From: Verrucomicrobiia bacterium
Lineage (GTDB): Bacteria; Verrucomicrobiota; Verrucomicrobiia; Limisphaerales; UBA8199
Assembly (NCBI GenBank): GCA_035946615.1
Contig: DASYZB010000116.1
Coordinates: 16,545 to 80,544, forward strand
DNA: 64,000 nt
Direction of reading: 5' to 3'
The notes under the pieces are model-generated. The model worked only from the letters and a program-made list of their open reading frames with translations, searched no databases and had not been told where the DNA came from. Below are positions 45,690-53,516 of the stretch, piece after piece; positions within the stretch are counted from its first letter, which is position 1, and each line of letters begins with the position of its first letter. The translations under genes were made by a program, and so were the position numbers.

Positions 45690-46748
45690 TCAGGTTGCAA
45701 GGACATCCGAAAGCGCTCGGGCGTGCTCGACGCCCGAGGGATTATACACCAGCGCCTCGGCGGGCCGGCTGAGGCGATGACGGTTTTGGCGGGCCATCGC
45801 AATGGCACGGCTGGCTGCCTGGCGGATTGTCTCCAGGTCTCTTGCGGAAAATGTAAAGACTGCCTCAGGCTTTATCGCCGCCAGGCAGCCAATGTTCTCC
45901 TCGAACACCAGCCGCGTCCCGCACAACACCGATTCCGGACCCACCAGCCCGAAGGGTTCATAAGAGGACCCCAGGATAGTGAAATCAGCGGCTCGGTACG
46001 CTTCGGTCATGTCCTGAACATAACCGAGGTACTGAATCCAGGGGCGGTTGAGTCCGCCCGGTGGTTTACCGGCTACGGCCAGGATAAGGTTGTCAGACAA
46101 TGACGATAAGGCGCGGTAAATCCGGTCAAGGCCCTTGCGCCGATGGCCCATGGATGGGAAAAGGAACACCACCTTGCCGTCAGGGAACCCCAGTTTTCGG
46201 CGGCCCTCAGCCCGGGCCAAATCGTCCGCCGGCGGGGTGAAAGCCGAGTCCACGGGTGGAAACAACGTGACGATTTTCCCGGCAGGCACTGCATACAGGC
46301 GGGTCAGTTCGCCCGTGCAGAGGTTCGAATGCGAAATGACCGCGCGGGCGTAGCGGTAACCCTCCTGCTCCATCCAAATCTGCAGCCAGTCAAATGGGCC
46401 GGCCAGTTTTCGCGCCCGGCTCAGATAGCCGCGGTGCGTTCCGCCGCAAATCACCAGGTCATTGACTCGCACGCGGGTCAGGGCGATTTGCCAGCCATCG
46501 GCTTGGCGGCGCGCCTGTTCGACCTGCCGAAAGAACCTGAAGTCCTGCAGTTTCCTGGGAAAGCGTCTGACCTTGGCCAGGCGTAATTCGATACCCAACG
46601 ATTCGGCCATTGCCGGGTCAGCCCGATGCGCATGAAAAACCACCGCATGCCCAAGGTTTTTGAAGCTCTCCGCCAATCCCAGCGCGTAACGTTCCATCCC
46701 CCCTCCCCGCCGGAAGGTGTGGTGAAAGAGGTGAATGGTTTTTTTCAA
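45690..46748 (-). CDS. glycosyltransferase family 4 (RfaG/WaaG-like)
   Basis: 'IHLFHHTFRRGGGMERYALGLAESF', 'FLFPSMGHRRKGLD' and 'YEPFGLVGPESVLCGTRLV'. Confidence 0.85.
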   Translation of the reverse strand: MKKTIHLFHHTFRRGGGMERYALGLAESFKNLGHAVVFHAHRADPAMAESLGIELRLAKVRRFPRKLQDFRFFRQVEQARRQADGWQIALTRVRVNDLVICGGTHRGYLSRARKLAGPFDWLQIWMEQEGYRYARAVISHSNLCTGELTRLYAVPAGKIVTLFPPVDSAFTPPADDLARAEGRRKLGFPDGKVVFLFPSMGHRRKGLDRIYRALSSLSDNLILAVAGKPPGGLNRPWIQYLGYVQDMTEAYRAADFTILGSSYEPFGLVGPESVLCGTRLVFEENIGCLAAIKPEAVFTFSARDLETIRQAASRAIAMARQNRHRLSRPAEALVYNPSGVEHARALSDVLAT

Positions 46749-46919
46749 GGCATTCCGGAGACCAATCGGATGTGCGTTGCTTCAGGTCCCGTTCGCGCGC
46801 AGTGGTAGCCCAGAAGGCCCGCGCCGTCCACAATCTTTTCGGATGCGTGATTTCCACGCAAATTCCCACAAAAACTGCCTTGAGGCTTTTACAATATTTA
46901 GCGCCTAGGAAAAAACTAG

Positions 46920-46948
46920 TTGACGCTTTTAAAACATTGGCGCCTAAT
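46920..46948 (+). promoter_or_regulatory. possible sigma-70-type promoter for the 47037 operon
   Basis: TTGACG (46920..46925), a 17-nt spacer, then CCTAAT (46943..46948). Embedded between ~19-nt direct repeats 'gcgcc(t/c)aggaaaa..(c/g)t(a/t)agt' at 46901 and 46950. Confidence 0.25.
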
Positions 46949-47036
46949 CGCGCCCAGGAAAAGTTAGTGCCGAGTGTTTGCTTAAGGGAATCTGCCGGCT
47001 AGGGGGTGAAGCCTTCTGCACTACAGAACGGAACGC

Positions 47037-47588
47037 ATGAAAACTATTCTTCTCACCGGACTTATTTTAGGCGCCCTTTCCATGCCCGTCTTCTCGCAAA
47101 GCGTTGGTGCCCCGGGCAGCACGAATGCTTTTGGGCAAACACCCGTGTTTGCTCTCACGGCAACGAAGGGAGCGCCACCCGGTTCGGATATCACGCAAGG
47201 ACAAAACGCGAATACGAATGCGAATGCAATTACCACCGAGCACTGCCGTTCGTCTGATCTGGTAAGAGCAATCCAGCCGGACGTGGACGGGGCCCAAGCT
47301 GGATTTGCGCTCCACAAAGTTCACTTCGCCAGCGATGCCGCCGATCCTCAGCCGATTAAAATCGTTACGCCCAGTGGCGAAACCCTGATTTGCCGGCCTG
47401 CCTTTTTGTCGCTCAATTCCGGCTCTTTTGTCTTGGAAGGGACTTTGAACAACACTGAGGGCGTAATCTTCCGCAGTGCAGCACCCGGACCCGGCGGAGT
47501 GGGTGGCGGTTTGCCGGAAGTGTTTGTTCCGAATCCCGCAACGCAAATCAACATCAACAGAGTTTCGGGAGTCAACCCGCCGTTTTGA
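47037..47588 (+). CDS. secreted hypothetical protein
   Basis: Signal peptide 'MKTILLTGLILGALSMPVFSQS'. No recognisable domain. First gene of a tightly packed three-gene set. Confidence 0.6.
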   Translation: MKTILLTGLILGALSMPVFSQSVGAPGSTNAFGQTPVFALTATKGAPPGSDITQGQNANTNANAITTEHCRSSDLVRAIQPDVDGAQAGFALHKVHFASDAADPQPIKIVTPSGETLICRPAFLSLNSGSFVLEGTLNNTEGVIFRSAAPGPGGVGGGLPEVFVPNPATQININRVSGVNPPF

Positions 47589-47589
47589 G

Positions 47590-47985
47590 ATGGAAGCGAA
47601 GCCTGATTTCTTTTTGTCGGCTGCTGGAGAGAACGAGGGGCTTGCAAGCCCTCGTGCGTGTTGGAAAAAAGCACGTTTGAAAGACCCGGTGCGAGATGAC
47701 CACATGCTGGTTGAGATCGAGCCGTCGCTCATCGGGCAGAACTATGGGTTGGGAAGTCAAGACATCACGAATTTGATACTCTCGGCCCGGCACGAAGGCT
47801 TCTCGCTTTTTCCAGTCCAGGAATGGCCTTGCCACGTCTATGTTGCCCGCATCCTGGACGATACCATTACCCGGACACTGGCGTTTACACGGAGCCAGGT
47901 TGAAGTCATCGCGTGGGGAATGATTTTCCGCACTCTCCACGAAGCGAACACCCACGCCAAAAAGTTCCAGCCATGTCGTTCTTGA
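47590..47985 (+). CDS. hypothetical protein (131 aa)
   Basis: The ATG at 47590 is 1 nt after the upstream stop (tgagATG). Non-repetitive, protein-like composition. No family recognised. Confidence 0.5.
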   Translation: MEAKPDFFLSAAGENEGLASPRACWKKARLKDPVRDDHMLVEIEPSLIGQNYGLGSQDITNLILSARHEGFSLFPVQEWPCHVYVARILDDTITRTLAFTRSQVEVIAWGMIFRTLHEANTHAKKFQPCRS

Positions 47986-48344
47986 AACCATCGCGTAAAA
48001 AATCCGAGGAAGTCCGTGTCCCGGAAATCCGGTTTTTGGGCGAGCAAGACGGCCCTCCCGAACGACTTTTGAAGGACAGGCTTGCTGACTTTTTTCGCCG
48101 CGACAGAAGTGTCAGCAGGGCGTATTTGGCACGGGTTGATTTTGGCGAAGGAAAAGAAGCCAGTGTGGTGTTGGCGTTGTGAACGCAGTTTGGCCCCGAC
48201 AAAGACATGGTCGAGAAAGTGGGCACAATCTTCGCGGACGTTTTTAACGCCAAGGAACACCTGGACATCATGTTCCTGACAGACAGCCAGGAAGCGCAAT
48301 TAGCGAGGGCGTGCAAACCATTCTTTGATGAATCAGCGGCCTGA
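47973..48344 (+). pseudogene. SseB C-terminal-domain-like small protein interrupted by an in-frame TGA
   Basis: '...RAYLARVDFGEGKEASVVLAL*TQFGPDKDMVEKVGTIFADVFNAKEHLDIMFLTDSQEAQLARACKPFFD', with the TGA at 48180..48182. Both halves together resemble a single SseB_C-type domain (by recollection). Confidence 0.5.
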
Positions 48345-48347
48345 CTT

Positions 48348-48590
48348 TCACGTTGAGCCTTTGGCAATGGGCGTGATGGTGATGGAGGCGACGAAGGGCA
48401 TGTGGCGGTCAACCTCGGCGTAGCGTTTGGCGAGGGCACGAACGGCGGCCAGGTCGTTTTCCTGGAGCTTGTCGGCCAGGAATCCGAGCCGCCAGCCCAA
48501 CAGCACCACATCGGCGGTGGAGAAGGCGAGCGCGAGTTTTTGCGGCGGCTCGTTCTTGTCGTCGCCCGCGTCCGGGTTGGGTTCCAGCAA
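48348..48590 (-). CDS. hypothetical small protein (possible gene remnant) downstream of the DNA methyltransferase
   Basis: 80-aa ORF with a TTG start, no obvious Shine-Dalgarno sequence and no ATG. Its composition looks more protein-like than the antisense ORF 48402..48602. Confidence 0.3.
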   Translation of the reverse strand: MLEPNPDAGDDKNEPPQKLALAFSTADVVLLGWRLGFLADKLQENDLAAVRALAKRYAEVDRHMPFVASITITPIAKGST

Positions 48591-48598
48591 GTATTCGA

Positions 48599-49654
48599 TT
48601 AACTGCTGGGGCCGCTCTCGTGGAAAAGGCCTACGGCTTCAAGCAAGCGAGCATGGGCTCTGGCGAGATACTTCCCCTCGATATCCACGCCAATGCTGTT
48701 GCGTCCGGTATTCAAGGCCGCAAGGGACGTCGTGCCGGCGCCCACAAACGGGTCCAGCACGGTGTCGCCGGCAAAGGAAAACATTTTGATCAAGCGCTGG
48801 GCCAGGGCAAGTGGGTAAGGGGCGGGGTGGCCGTTGCGGGTGGATTCGCCGCGGATATCACTCCAGGACGAGCGCATCCAGTTCTGCATTTCCTCCCTGT
48901 TCAACATCGAGAGCGCGCGCTGGACCGGTGAAGGGGAGCGGTATTCGCCGCCTTTGCGCAGAAAGAGGATGTACTCAACATCGTTCTTAATGATTGCGCC
49001 CGGTTGGTAGGGTTTGCCGTAGAAGCCGGCCCCATTTCCCTGAGCTTCGGTGGCGCCGTTGGCGATCTTTTGCCAGAGAATCGGGGTAAGACAATCCAGG
49101 CCGAACCTGCGAGCGCACACCTGAATATCGGCGTGCAGGGGCATAACGTGATGGCGTCCATTCTGCTTGCGCGGGAGGCAGACATCCCCTACCACGCAGC
49201 AAATGCGCCCGCCGGGCGCTAGCACCCTGGCGCACTCTTGCCAGACCTTGTCCAGTTGATCGAGGAAGCTCTCGTAATCAACAATGGCGCCCATTTGAGC
49301 CTCATTGCTCTCGTACTCTTTCAGCGTCCAGTACGGCGGGGAAGTCACGACGAGGTGGACGCTGCCGGTGGGAATCCATTCCAACCGGCGCGCGTCGCCC
49401 AACTGCAGGCGGTGCGTCGTCACGTCGAAGGGAGCGGGCCAGGGGGAATTGCGCAGAATAGCGTTGGCGCGGAGCATTTTTTCGACCGCGCCGGGTTCGT
49501 TATCTGCCTCGGGCAGCCCTTCGAGGATATGTTTGATGGAATCGAGGGTCTCGCGCAGCGCCGCCGGAGCTTCATTGTTCGGTGGATAGGCCTTTTTTTC
49601 GCGAGTGCCACGGCGGCGGCTGTTCTGAACCGGGTTGCCTGCTGAACTGCGCAT
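48599..49654 (-). CDS. beta-class DNA amino-methyltransferase (SPPY motif; N4-cytosine or N6-adenine)
   Basis: Motif IV 'LVVTSPPYW' precedes motif I 'VLDPFVGAGTTSLAA', which is the beta-class order. No intact restriction endonuclease gene is adjacent. Confidence 0.85.
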   Translation of the reverse strand: MRSSAGNPVQNSRRRGTREKKAYPPNNEAPAALRETLDSIKHILEGLPEADNEPGAVEKMLRANAILRNSPWPAPFDVTTHRLQLGDARRLEWIPTGSVHLVVTSPPYWTLKEYESNEAQMGAIVDYESFLDQLDKVWQECARVLAPGGRICCVVGDVCLPRKQNGRHHVMPLHADIQVCARRFGLDCLTPILWQKIANGATEAQGNGAGFYGKPYQPGAIIKNDVEYILFLRKGGEYRSPSPVQRALSMLNREEMQNWMRSSWSDIRGESTRNGHPAPYPLALAQRLIKMFSFAGDTVLDPFVGAGTTSLAALNTGRNSIGVDIEGKYLARAHARLLEAVGLFHESGPSS

Positions 49655-49765
49655 GGGCTGAGTATTGCGTCATGAACCGAACCGTAAAGGAGAAATTGCG
49701 GCTTGGACGGGCGACAGCTCTATCTCGGTGTGTTGATGCCGATGATCATCAGGCCCCGAATGCGC

Positions 49766-50275
49766 CTACTGCCCAATATCCGATTCGCCTAACTGTTCGT
49801 TGAAGTCACGCTGCCCACCGTTGAATAAGGCGGCGTCGAACCCGTCCTCGAGTTTGATCGCTTTAACTGAGACGGCTGCAGCAGCCGTCAGATGCTGGAC
49901 GAATTTGAACATCGTATCGCTGTCGTCCGTCACAACGAACTCCGCCCCGGCAAGTTGGGCTTGGGCTATGAGCTTCAGGTCGTCCTTCAGGGCATCGCGG
50001 CTGAGCCCTGCCGCAGCGTAGCGCAGCTTGTGCAACTCTGCGCTCTTCAGGGCATCCTGGTAATTGAACGGAAGGACGACACAGTGGCGCAGAATCTCAG
50101 GCCCGAGCGCCTGTTTCACGCTGAATTCGGACACCACTATAGTCGAAAGGTACAACGGGACTTGGTTCTCCAGGAAATACTTCCAGTACTGCTTAGCCGC
50201 CTGGTGGTTGGCGCGGTCGCGGCCAGCCAGTGTGATTAGGAAACTGGTGTCGAGCAGGGCACCAGCGGGCATCAT
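49766..50275 (-). CDS. PIN-domain nuclease (VapC-like)
   Basis: The ATG at 50275 overlaps the upstream TGA (ATGA). Acidic quartet contexts 'LLDTSFLI', 'VVSEFS', 'LKDDLKLIAQA' and 'VVTDDSD'. Confidence 0.75.
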   Translation of the reverse strand: MMPAGALLDTSFLITLAGRDRANHQAAKQYWKYFLENQVPLYLSTIVVSEFSVKQALGPEILRHCVVLPFNYQDALKSAELHKLRYAAAGLSRDALKDDLKLIAQAQLAGAEFVVTDDSDTMFKFVQHLTAAAAVSVKAIKLEDGFDAALFNGGQRDFNEQLGESDIGQ

Positions 50276-51054
50276 GAGCCTCCCCTCAGGTCTCGGACCC
50301 AAGCAGCGGCGTTAGGTACGTCAGCCCAGGCCTTCGTTCCCTCCTCAATGAACTTTTCCAGTTCCTGTTCGTTGTAGCTAGGGTCGTACTCTTCAAAATC
50401 AATCAAGCGGATGTTGCGCAACTCCCCCGTCCGGCTGTGCTGTTCGGCGCGGACGCGAAGCAAGGCTTTATGGTAAAGCCGGTTCTCTTTCTGCTCGCGC
50501 AGGAGTTCCTCGCTCGCACCCACGATCTGAATTCGTCCTGTGCCCTCCACGGCCAGATGCACGTTGGCCCTCTGGGCTCCGCCCATATCCACAATCCGGC
50601 CAAACAGGTATTGTTCCACGGCGACCCAAGGCGTCGTTTTCCCGACATGGTAGTCCGTGGAGCCGGTGACCTGCACTTTCGCGGGCGCTTCTCCCGCCGA
50701 CCTCACTTCGTACTGCAGGTCCTGGTCGGACTTGGCGCGGGCCTGCCAGCGCTGGATGATCTTCGCGCGCTCAGGATCTATTTCACCCAGCGAGTCCTGG
50801 CGATTGAGCCGCTGCAGGTCGGGTCCGAAACTCGCCAGGAGAGAGGCAGTCAGGACGACCTTCAGTCTGTAGGAACCCTCCTCCACCCGGACCCTGGCCT
50901 CTGTCAGCTTGAGCGCTCTTTGGCTGCCGACGATGAGGTCCTCGACCTCGGCATTGAACTGGTTGAACAGATGAAGGCCGATGGTCTGAGGCGTGATGTC
51001 CACGCCCTCCAGCTTGCCACGGAGAATGAATTCAACTGTTTGTTGCCGAGCCAC
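50272..51054 (-). CDS. 260-aa protein of unknown function, translationally coupled to the PIN gene
   Basis: GTG start at 51054. No recognisable domain. The C-terminal tail 'GTKAWADVPNAAAWVRDLRGGS' resembles the C-terminal ends of some PIN-associated antitoxins. Confidence 0.65.
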   Translation of the reverse strand: MARQQTVEFILRGKLEGVDITPQTIGLHLFNQFNAEVEDLIVGSQRALKLTEARVRVEEGSYRLKVVLTASLLASFGPDLQRLNRQDSLGEIDPERAKIIQRWQARAKSDQDLQYEVRSAGEAPAKVQVTGSTDYHVGKTTPWVAVEQYLFGRIVDMGGAQRANVHLAVEGTGRIQIVGASEELLREQKENRLYHKALLRVRAEQHSRTGELRNIRLIDFEEYDPSYNEQELEKFIEEGTKAWADVPNAAAWVRDLRGGS

Positions 51055-51078
51055 AGTGTTCGTGAAGCAAATCGCTTA

Positions 51079-51361
51079 CCGAAATCTACTCCATGAGATG
51101 GTCACACAGCAAGCCCCCGGCGTCGCGCCATTCAAACCGACCGGGATGACATTGCTGATGAAGTCGTAAAACTCCCGTTTGTGCTGGATGAAGCGAACGG
51201 GCGAAGTCCGCCTCCGTCAGCTTTTCGACGGCCTGCTCGCAGGCTGATTCGGGCAGGGTAGGATTGAGGCGCTTGAGAGCGGCGCGGAGATTCCGGCCGA
51301 GGATGACTTCGCGCTCGCTGGCGCGGCTGAGAGTGCCCGCTTGCGGTCTCTCGTTTTCTGG
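51079..51361 (-). pseudogene. type I restriction enzyme R subunit (HsdR) N-terminal fragment, frameshifted
   Basis: 'GTLSRASEREVILGRNLRAALKRLNPTLPESACEQAVEKLTEADFARS' is followed, after a 1-nt frame change near 51190, by 'FIQHKREFYDFISNVIPVGLNG'. This is the conserved HsdR N-terminal pattern (LraALerLNP...Aieel). No helicase region follows. Confidence 0.55.
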
Positions 51362-51591
51362 CGCGTCATAATGTCAGCTTTGGAATGGGACTACCCGTTC
51401 GGCGATGGGCTACTGGAAATTTCCGGTGGCCCTTCGTTTTTTACGTCATGGGGCGGCATTTTGTCGAATTGCAAAAAGGAAGATAGCGGGTTCGTTCTGG
51501 TTTGATTAAAACCGGTAGCTGCTCGAAAGTGGGTGGCGTTAACCTTTAAGCGAACGCGCCAGACGAACCGTCCGGCCACGACATCGATATT

Positions 51592-53070
51592 ATGCAACGC
51601 CTTTTCCAGACTTTTGTTCCCGCTCTCTGTCTTCTGGCACACGGCGCGCCGGGCCAAAGCAATGACGCCCTGTTCCACCGAGCGACGGCGGCCCTGGAGG
51701 CTGCCATACCACGCGCGCAGGCTGACCCCGCCCATCCCATATTTCATGTCGCCGCGCCCGCGCAATGGATGAATGACCCGAACGGGCCGATCTTTTACAA
51801 GGGCTTCTATCATCTTTTTTACCAGTTGCATCCCTTTAGCGACGCGAGCGGGCCCAAGTATTGGGGCCATGTCCGCAGCCGGGACCTGGTGAAGTGGGAG
51901 CACTTGCCCATCGCCTTGTGCCCCTCGGTAGAATCGGGCGAGGCGGAGGTGTGGTCGGGTTGCTGCACGGTCAATGGGCGAGGCCAACCTATGATTTTCT
52001 ACACCAGCATCGCCCAGGGCCGCTCCGCCATGGACCACTCGGAACAATGGGCCGCCACCAGCGACGATGACTTGATTCGCTGGCACAAATGTCCTTCCAA
52101 CCCGGTGCTTTCTGAGGCGTTGCACGGTGACAGGAAAATCTACGACTGGCGCGACCCGTTTATTTTCCACGCCGGCGGCAAAACGTTTCTCGTCGCGGGC
52201 GGCAATCTAAACAAGGCGAAGGGCGGGCAGGCCGTGGTGAACATTTATCAGGCCCAGAACGCCGAGTTGACCCAATGGACCTATCGCGGCGCGCTGTTTC
52301 AGCATCCGGACTCCGAGGCGCGCACGGTCGAGTGCCCGAACTTTTTTCAACTGGGCCGCCAGTGGGTGCTGCTGGTGTCGCCTTATGGAAGGGTGCAGTA
52401 TTTCATAGGCGATTTTGACGAGGCGACTTGCCGGTTTCACGCCCGCGCGCGCGGGCTGTTGGATTACGGGCCTGGCTTTTACGCCCCCAACACGATGCAG
52501 GTCCCCGATGGCCGGCGCCTCGTGTGGGGATGGGTCAACGGCTTTCCTGGCGGGCACGGCTGGAACGGCTGCCTGTCTTTGCCCCGGCAGTTGAGCTTGT
52601 CCCGCGAAGGTCGATTGCGTCAGGAACCTGCGCCGCAATTGAGCCGGCTGCGGGGCCAACCGAGCAAGTGGCGAAATCTCTCGCTCTCGGAGCATGGCGA
52701 GGTTCTGACCTTGCCCAAGACGAATACGCTGGAGGTTTTGGTCAGGATTGATTTGCGAAGTGGAGGCAAAATTGCCCTGGAATTTGCCAGCGCCGGCAAT
52801 GATGCGCCCCCGCTTGAAATGAGCTTCGACGGCTCGGACCTTGGCGTGATGGGGACAAAAATCGCGCTCTCTTCCGTGGGGAGCCGCCAGAAACTAAGCC
52901 TCCGGGTTTTTATTGATCGCTCGGTGATGGAGGTTTTCGCCAATGACAGCGCGTGCTTCACCCGGACGATCAAGCCACTGGCTGCGAATGTTACCTTGTC
53001 GATGCGGGCCGAGCACGGCACGGCCCGGGCGCAACTGGTTGAAGCCTGGCCGATGCAGACGATCTGGTAG
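51592..53070 (+). CDS. glycoside hydrolase family 32 (beta-fructofuranosidase/levanase-type), secreted
   Basis: 'WMNDPNGPIFYKGFYHLFYQ' (nucleophile motif), 'WRDPFIF' (RDP) and 'VECPNFF' (EC motif). Confidence 0.9.
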   Translation: MQRLFQTFVPALCLLAHGAPGQSNDALFHRATAALEAAIPRAQADPAHPIFHVAAPAQWMNDPNGPIFYKGFYHLFYQLHPFSDASGPKYWGHVRSRDLVKWEHLPIALCPSVESGEAEVWSGCCTVNGRGQPMIFYTSIAQGRSAMDHSEQWAATSDDDLIRWHKCPSNPVLSEALHGDRKIYDWRDPFIFHAGGKTFLVAGGNLNKAKGGQAVVNIYQAQNAELTQWTYRGALFQHPDSEARTVECPNFFQLGRQWVLLVSPYGRVQYFIGDFDEATCRFHARARGLLDYGPGFYAPNTMQVPDGRRLVWGWVNGFPGGHGWNGCLSLPRQLSLSREGRLRQEPAPQLSRLRGQPSKWRNLSLSEHGEVLTLPKTNTLEVLVRIDLRSGGKIALEFASAGNDAPPLEMSFDGSDLGVMGTKIALSSVGSRQKLSLRVFIDRSVMEVFANDSACFTRTIKPLAANVTLSMRAEHGTARAQLVEAWPMQTIW

Positions 53071-53114
53071 GGAATCCGAAACGGCAAGCTGCGTCGCTGT
53101 CGTGACCTTGACTT

Positions 53115-53366
53115 TCAACGCTGAAGATCGAATAGCGAACCCGCAGAATCGTCGATGGGTTCCTCCGCATCCTCGAACAGGCTCAGCAGCAGTGAAAGCA
53201 CGCAGAACCCCAGGCAGATGAAGAAGAAGACATGAGCGAAAACAACGGCCATCTCGAGGGTTGGATCGCGTCCGGGCAAGACCGCTTTGTCACTCCATCT
53301 CACGGCCAGGCTCAGAAGCGCAGCGAATGCGCCGATGACCAGCCAAATGAAGGCGCTCTTTATCAT
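53115..53366 (-). CDS. small membrane protein (2 TM), hypothetical
   Basis: 'FIWLVIGAFAALLSLAV' and 'VFFFICLGFCVLSLLLSLF' are hydrophobic helices, followed by an acidic tail. Confidence 0.45.
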   Translation of the reverse strand: MIKSAFIWLVIGAFAALLSLAVRWSDKAVLPGRDPTLEMAVVFAHVFFFICLGFCVLSLLLSLFEDAEEPIDDSAGSLFDLQR

Positions 53367-53516
53367 GTGTTGATGCTCACCTGAGCGACACCGTCATTCA
53401 ATCGGGTGTATCCCTTTGGGACGCGGGGGTGTTCCACCCAAATCCGATGCCGCCACGAGAACTCGCCTGGCTCATTTCCGCTTTGCTTTGGCAACTACTT
53501 TGTTAGAATTGTGAAC

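Noticed and set aside
48180-48182. TGA read as selenocysteine.
   Set aside because: No SECIS-like hairpin is visible directly downstream. The flanking context is hydrophobic or structural rather than a redox motif. No selenoprotein machinery is in the window. A nonsense mutation or readthrough is more parsimonious.
50272-51361. The 260-aa ORF as a continuation of HsdR. It is in the same frame as the last HsdR-like segment.
   Set aside because: A TAA separates them. The 260-aa sequence has none of the DEAD/helicase or nuclease motifs that follow the HsdR N-terminus.
51391-52170. 259-aa minus-strand ORF overlapping the 5' half of the GH32 gene.
   Set aside because: The plus-strand frame carries the WMNDPNG, RDP and EC motifs of GH32. 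The minus-strand product is R/G/A-rich with no recognisable features.
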